A DNA stretch of 14,527 nucleotides from Octopus sinensis (Eukaryota): contig NW_021825760.1 of NCBI RefSeq assembly GCF_006345805.1, positions 1-14,527 of the forward strand, in the 5' to 3' direction. A model generated the notes under the pieces. It was given only the letters and a program-made list of their open reading frames with translations, did not search any database and was not told the DNA's origin. Shown piece by piece: positions 8,757 to 14,527 of this stretch (positions within the stretch are counted from its first letter, which is position 1; every line of letters starts with the position of its first letter). The position numbers and the translations under genes were made by a program.

Positions 8757-8986
8757 GAGAGAGAGAGAGAGATAGAGAGAGAGGGGGAGAGAGAGAGCTG
8801 GGAAGACACAAGATGATAACAGGTAGTTTTGAATATGAAAAGAAATGAAAATTGATATGGCGGAGTGGGGGGAGAGTGTGTATGTGTGTGCGTGTGGGGG
8901 ATTTAGAACGATGATAGAGTGTAAGAGGGGGGTAGTTGAGAGATAGAGAGAATGAAGGACTATGCGACAGACAGACAGATACAGAG

Positions 8987-9073
<87 letters not shown>

Positions 9074-9135
9074 CAGAATATAGAGACAGACAGATGGATG
9101 AAAGGACGGACGGATAATCAGAGAGATAGATAGAT

Positions 9136-9172
<37 letters not shown>

Positions 9173-9315
9173 GAGAGAGATGAAAAGAGAGAGAGAGAGA
9201 GATGAAAAGAGGGAGACGAGATAGAAGCGAGTGACAGACAGAGAGATGTGTTGATGGATAGAGAGAGAGGAGAGAGAGAGAGAGAAAGACAAAAGAGAGA
9301 AAGAGAGAGAGAGAA
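8757..9315. repeat. purine-rich field: (GA)n, with (GATA)n at about 8987-9072
   Basis: Directly visible. A short unique spacer lies at about 8800-8960. Confidence 0.9.
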
Positions 9316-9366
9316 TGGAGTAAAAATTTATGGACGAACGATGGAACCAAAAGTAAATACTACTAG

Positions 9367-10657
9367 ATGTGTGTGTGTGCGAGTGTTGTGTTTATGTGTG
9401 TGCTTGTGTGAGTGTATGTTCGTATGTGTGTTTGTGTGTGTGTGTATGTGTGTGTGTATGTGTGTGCGCGTATGTGTGAGTGTGTGAGAAAGGCACTCAA
9501 AGACGTTCCTTACACACAACAGTTTTACGTGCGTACGTATACGCTGAAACGCACATACAAGCAGACGAAAGCACTCATACATGCGGTTGTGTGTGCGTGT
9601 GAAAACACACACACACACACACACATACATACGCATAGAAGGACTGTGATATATAGGAGTGTGATGGTGGTTGTGGTGGTGGTGGTGTGTGTGTGTGTGT
9701 GTGTGCATACGCTTTTCTCATGTGTGTGAATGTAATTGTGTATGTGTGTGTGTGCGTGTGGTCACTTCCTTTCAAAATAGTTGTAACCTCAAGTGCGAGC
9801 GACAAAATGTTTGCGTATATCTTATGTGTGTGTGTGTGTGTGTGCGTGTGTGTATGAGTGATTGTGTGTGTATGTGTGTGTGTGTGTTTGTGTGTATGCG
9901 TGTGTGTGTGTGCGTCTGTGTATGAGTGATTGTGTGTGTGTGTGTGTGTGTGATTGAGTGTGTGTGTTTGTGTGTATGCGTGTGTGTGTGTGTGTGTGTT
10001 TGTGTCTATGTGTGTGTGTGTGTGAACACGTGTGAAAATGTGCGTGCGAATGTGTGTGCGTGACTACGTGTTTGTACGGTGAATGCGTGTGTGAATACGC
10101 GAACATGTGCGAGCGTGTGTGTGCGTGCGTGTATGTGTGCGTATGTGTAGATGTGTAATGCTTGTACGGACAAGTGTATCTGTACACACATGTGTATGTG
10201 TTGTGTGTGTGTGGTGTTTGCGCGTGAGTTTGGGTGTACGTGCGTTTATTTTTTTTAATGTGTGCTTCCGTATGTGTGTGTATGTGTGGGTACATGTTAG
10301 TCTGAAAAGTTAGCGGAATGGCTAAAAGTTACACACACGCACACACACACACTCAGATCCATTTATCCATCCATCCATACATTCATACATACATACACAA
10401 ATAAATATATACACAAATATGCGAGAGAATCCACTATGTGGACGCTCTAACGCTAAAGATAGATCTGTATAGATATATAGATATATATATATATATATAC
10501 GTATATACATACGTGTGTATGTGTGTGTGTGTGTATGTGTGTGTGTGTATGTGTGTGTGCGTGCGAAGTAAAGACGCGTACGCACACACAGAAATATACT
10601 TAATAATGAAAACGCATGTTCAAACCCTGATATCAGCGCATGCACCTTCACAGCCAG

Positions 10658-10722
<65 letters not shown>

Positions 10723-10735
10723 CAAACATATGCTT
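9367..10735. repeat. extended degenerate (TG)n/(CA)n microsatellite field
   Basis: Directly visible, with short unique interruptions. Confidence 0.92.
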
Positions 10736-10795
10736 AGTATCAGAAGCGACAACAAAAATAATGATTTGCACAATTGAAATAGACAACATGTTTAA

Positions 10796-11030
10796 GGCGG
10801 GGCGAGCTGGCAGAAACGTTAGCACGCCGGGCGAAATGCTTAGCGACATTTCGTATGCCGTTACGTTCTGAGTTCAAATTCCGCCGAGGTCGACTTTGCC
10901 TTTCATCCTTTCGGGGTCGATAAATTAAGTACCAGTTACGCACTGGGGTCGATGTAATCGACTTAACCCCTTTGTCTGTCCTTGTTTGTCCCCTCTGTGT
11001 TTAGCCCCTTGTGGGCAGTAAAAGAAATAA
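10796..11030 (+). mobile_element. tRNA-derived SINE, family A, full-length copy
   Basis: GGCGAGCTGGCAGAAACGTTAG head, B-box GTTCAAATT at 10872-10880, and the same tail as 461-691. Confidence 0.92.
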
Positions 11031-11224
11031 GAAACGTTAGCACACCGGACAAAATACTTAGCGGCATTTTGTCCGTCCTTACGTTCAGTGTTCAAATACT
11101 GCCTGGGTCGACTTTGCAATTCATCCTTTCAGGGTCGACAAAATAAGTACCAGTTGAGTATTAGGGGTCGATGTAATCTAGTCTTCCAGTAGAATTGCTG
11201 GCCTTGTGTCAAAATTTGAAACGA
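11030..11224 (+). mobile_element. SINE family A, older copy lacking the first ~15 nt, with a second tail type
   Basis: AGAAACGTTAGCAC..GTTCAAAT..GGTCGACTTTGC..TCATCCTTTC..AAGTACCAGTTG..GGGGTCGATGTAATC, followed by the tail GGCCTTGTGTCAAAATTTGAAAC. Confidence 0.85.
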
Positions 11225-11248
11225 TATTGATAACATACACACACACAC

Positions 11249-11451
11249 CTGCCAGAAACGTTTGCATGCCGGGCGAAATTCTTAGTGGTGTTTCGTCTGT
11301 CTTTACGTTCTTAGTTCAAATTCCGCCGAGATCGACTTTGCCTATCATCCTTTCGGGGTCGATAAATTAAGTACCAGTTGCGTACTGGGGTCGATCTACA
11401 GGACTGGCCCCCACCCCAAAAATTTCGGGCCTTGTGCCGAGAGTAGAAAAG
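11249..11451 (+). mobile_element. SINE family A, copy with a third tail type
   Basis: Same head and core as the copies above. The tail is GACTGGCCCCCACCCCAAAAATTTCGGGCCTTGTGCCGAGAGTAGAAAAG. Confidence 0.88.
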
Positions 11452-11507
11452 TATATATATATATATGTGAGTCTGTGTGTGTAGAGAGAGTGAGGGGGGC
11501 GGGGAGA

Positions 11508-11572
<65 letters not shown>

Positions 11573-11625
11573 CACACACACACACACACACACATATTGT
11601 ACCCACAGAAGCACATACACACACA
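11452..11625. repeat. (TA)n, (GATA)n at about 11508-11571, and (CA)n
   Basis: Directly visible. Confidence 0.95.
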
Positions 11626-12120
11626 AATGTATCTAAGACAGCATCATATTAACAGGTTGTTACATGCATTGAATTTCCGAAAATATTAGCGTGTGAGTAT
11701 GTTTGTGTAAGTAGATGTGTGTGTGTGGTGTGTGTGTGTGTTACAGTAAAGGGGTTTTAAGGTAAAGATTAGCGTCATTTAAGCAGAAAGGCTTAATCCT
11801 AAACCCCACCGGCCGTAACCACCTCTCACACACAGTAACCTCATAGTGCTCTCTCGTTGGACAAACCCTGATCACACACTCGCCATTCTCTCTGCTCAGT
11901 CATTGGTCAAACTCTAGCCACAGCCTGGCCACTCAATCACCGGTCACTCTGCTCAATCATCGATCACCCGCTGACCATTCATTATTCACAAATTAGTCGG
12001 AGACTACCCCCAGTCTGGTTACATACTGGTCAAGCTCTCTTCGTTCTCTGGCCAGCCATTAACCACTCATTATTAAGACACTGGTCAAGCATTGGTCAGG
12101 CATTGGTCATGGACCTAGCT

Positions 12121-12356
12121 GTTTCGAGTTCTAGGACTCTTCGGGCCGGTTACCCAGTTTCCATGGCCTATAAGCGACCAAGATTAAAATATTCCTCTAG
12201 GACGGGACGCTAATCCTTCACAGGGTTACTCATTTACAGCTGAATAACGTGAAAATGATGTTTTACTCAAGAACACAATGCATGGCCAGTGCGTGAATCG
12301 AAACCACGACCTTACGATTGTGAGAGCATCACACTACCACTAGGCCACGTATCTTC
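12121..12356 (-). mobile_element. tRNA-derived SINE, family C
   Basis: The minus strand has an A-box TGGCCTAGTGG and a B-box GGTTTCGATTC, then TTGTGTTCTTGAGTAAAACA..GTAAATGAGTAACCCTGTGAAGGATTAGCGTCCCGTCC. It is the only copy in the window. Confidence 0.75.
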
Positions 12357-12433
12357 AGTCACACTGGTCACTCATATTTACATCATAAGGACACCACTTT
12401 GGTCAACACTATTCCACACAAAAGGTGCATTGT

Positions 12434-12570
12434 TGTGGTCAGACCTGTTAGAAACAGCTACCAAGTCAACCTCAAGTCAAACCAAACTAACTTAGAAAAT
12501 AGACACGTTGAATAAGATGGTGCTTGATAGGGGAAAAAGATGAAATGGTCACGGTTGGAACACAACACCG
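12434..12570 (+). mobile_element. retroposon 3'-end fragment (family D)
   Basis: TGTGGTCAGACCTGTTAGAAACAGC..CCTCAAGTCA..ATGGTCACGGTTGGAA is collinear with 2897-3078. Confidence 0.5.
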
Positions 12571-12869
12571 CCTGCATCCCCTGATAGACGACCAACTGAC
12601 CACCACCGTATACTATTATTCAATGATCTCCATATGTTATGCACTAAACCGGACAGCGGTCACCGAGTGGCCGCTCACTGGTCAACACTTGTTTCTCACC
12701 ACACACCCTTAAACATCACTCCTTGTCACATGTAGGGCTCTAAATTGTCCCCTAATTGTCAAACACTGATGACCCACCTGTTGAACTACTTGTCACACAG
12801 CACGCCTAAACACCTTTCGACACACCCCACTCACTACTATAAAATACTATATTTCCTACATACCCAATG

Positions 12870-13030
12870 CATACAAGTGTGTGTATACATACATAAATAC
12901 ATACATGTATATATGTGTGTATACATACATACATACATATATATATATTATATACATACATACATGTATATATATATATATATATATTCATATACATATA
13001 CATATTTATATATATATATAGTGTGTGTGG
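12870..13030. repeat. (TA)n/(TACA)n microsatellite
   Basis: Directly visible. Confidence 0.92.
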
Positions 13031-13159
13031 ATAGCCTTAATATGAAGCAGTGGTATTCATGCCTTTCCTTATGATGTCAATTGGTGTGAATGAAGGCAAA
13101 TAATTCTATGTATGAATTGAAGCTAACTAAGCATATTTTTTTTCTTTTGATTAATTAAA

Positions 13160-13260
13160 TTAGATGACATGGTGTATTACTGGTATCTATACGACACAGG
13201 AAGAAGTAAAGACCACCGAATCAATTCAAGCTGGGATTCGAACGCAAAGTAACAGAATCA
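13160..13260 (-). mobile_element. highly decayed SINE fragment, family A-like
   Basis: ACTGGTA..CGACAC..GGAAGAAGTAAAG..GGGATTCGAAC parallels family-A ACTGGTAC..CGACCCCGAAAGGATGAAAG..GGAATTTGAAC. Minus-strand B-box GTTCGAATCC at 13234-13243. Confidence 0.45.
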
Positions 13261-13418
13261 TTCTATGACAATCATTTAAACCGGGTACCCCGGGTGGAGT
13301 AAACCCGATCACATTATGCAAGTGTTGGAGTAATGGGTATATCTTTGTTTTTGTGGTTGTTGTTGTTGATACAAGGTGATGCAACTACTGCTGGTAGCGC
13401 GGTGGTGGTGGTATTCCT

Positions 13419-13665
13419 GTTGTTGTGTTTGTTGTTGTTGTTGTTGATGTTGTTGTTTAACCCTTGGATCACCTTAGATCCAGCAGGCCTATTGTTCAAA
13501 GTCAATTCACCGATGACCATCCGCCCGAAATTTTTCGCTGGCTTATCTAGTACTGGAACAAGATTACGTAACGCCCATCCTCCACTCAACTGTGACGACA
13601 CGGCATGATTTGAAGGTAGTTTTAGCTACTATTTCTTGAAGTACACACAACCACATTGAGGCTAA
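13419..13665 (-). mobile_element. retroposon 3'-end fragment (family D) with an (AAC)n tail
   Basis: A (TTG)n run, then GTTTAACC..ATGACCATCC..TGATTTGAAGG..TTTAGCTACTATTTCT. This is the reverse complement of the block order at 2897-3078 and 12434-12570. Confidence 0.55.
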
Positions 13666-14149
13666 CACATCCCAGAACAGAAATGCCTGTTTGCATAGTG
13701 AAGGCGGCGCAAGGTGGTTGTGGAGCCAGTAGGCATGTGTAGGACTAGATGAAACCTAAGCTGAATGCTGTGCTTCTGGGTTACACGTCTTGGAACCGAA
13801 TATTTAGAAGACTAAGGAGGCGAGAAGTTGCGGTTATATTCTTCAAAAATGGTTTTAGAACAATACTAGAAATATACTTCAATTATATATAGAATTAATC
13901 AACGATATTTGAAAACTATTTTTGTGCAAATAGGTGAAGAGTTCAAATCCCAGGGAGAAATATAAAAAGTACGAGTAACATGCGTAATATAGGGTGAAAA
14001 ATCGACTGAAAGCCTTCCTTATAACCACTGACCCCCGCTCCAGATCAAACATTATGTGCGTTTGTATATATATATATATATACACGAAACCTGTATACGG
14101 TTTTGCATAGTGGTTCTACCTTTTTTCTCAAAGTTTTGATTTTTTCTTC

Positions 14150-14430
14150 ATCCCTATCATTCTCTCTGACTGGATCCCTTTCACTTTCCTTCTCTCTCTC
14201 CCTCTCTTTCACACACACGCACACGCACGCACGCAGTCACGTACTGACCACACACGCACACACACACACACACATATATATATACACAAACCGTTTTGCT
14301 GTAGAAGCAAAAATATATTACTGAGTTGCAAGTTGTAAGAGCCAATCGAATAGACATGTGTAGTAACAGATATACGTATGTGTTTGTGTATATGTGTCCA
14401 TGTGTGTATGTGTGTATGTGTGTATGTGTA

Positions 14431-14467
<37 letters not shown>

Positions 14468-14490
14468 GCATATATATATATAAAGTAAAT
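14150..14490. repeat. compound (CT)n/(CA)n/(TG)n/(TA)n microsatellites
   Basis: Directly visible. Confidence 0.9.
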
Positions 14491-14527
14491 ACAACAACAT
14501 GTGAAGTGCGCGTGTGTAGGACGCGCA

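Noticed and set aside
10796-11451. Possible CRISPR array or tRNA gene cluster
   Set aside because: Units are ~200 bp diverged SINE copies with no short repeat and unique spacer periodicity and no cas genes. The tRNA-like heads have A/B boxes, but I could not fold a full cloverleaf.
11751-11807. Hairpin GGGGTTT..TTAAGC-AGAAAG-GCTTAA..AAACCCC
   Set aside because: Short imperfect stems, with no family resemblance or second copy in the window.
12766-12800. CTGATGACCCACCTGTTGAACTACTTGTC, hammerhead-like
   Set aside because: No stem II pairing and GAAC instead of GAAA. Consistent with chance.
1-14527. All ORFs in the six-frame track (poly-HT, CV, YI, H, D, T, P, LS, LSIY and others)
   Set aside because: Most are translations of microsatellites that lack stop codons in some frames, and the rest are short non-coding stretches. 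None has a recognisable domain or coding-like composition.

Overview
No protein-coding gene, rRNA, intact tRNA or CRISPR array is supported. The window is eukaryotic non-coding DNA (intron or intergenic), made mostly of compound microsatellites ((CA/TG)n, (TA)n, (GATA)n, (CAT)n, (GGT)n, (ACC)n). It also carries about 12 copies or fragments of tRNA-derived SINEs from at least three families, plus three copies of an (AAC)n-tailed retroposon 3' end. This repeat landscape resembles what I recall of Octopus (coleoid cephalopod) genomes; that assignment is inference, not a search result. The listed ORFs are translations of simple repeats, SINEs or short non-coding stretches. The most interesting signal is a group of minimal type I hammerhead-ribozyme motifs of the Penelope/retrozyme kind. 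One is nearly intact (4896-4947), and an inverted pair forms a ~150-bp foldback (5184-5330); both lie in short elements bounded by (TA)n tracts. Weaker candidates are at 2017-2064 and 6315-6352. A nested three-copy SINE cluster with three different tails lies at 10796-11451. Boundaries were read by eye and are approximate.
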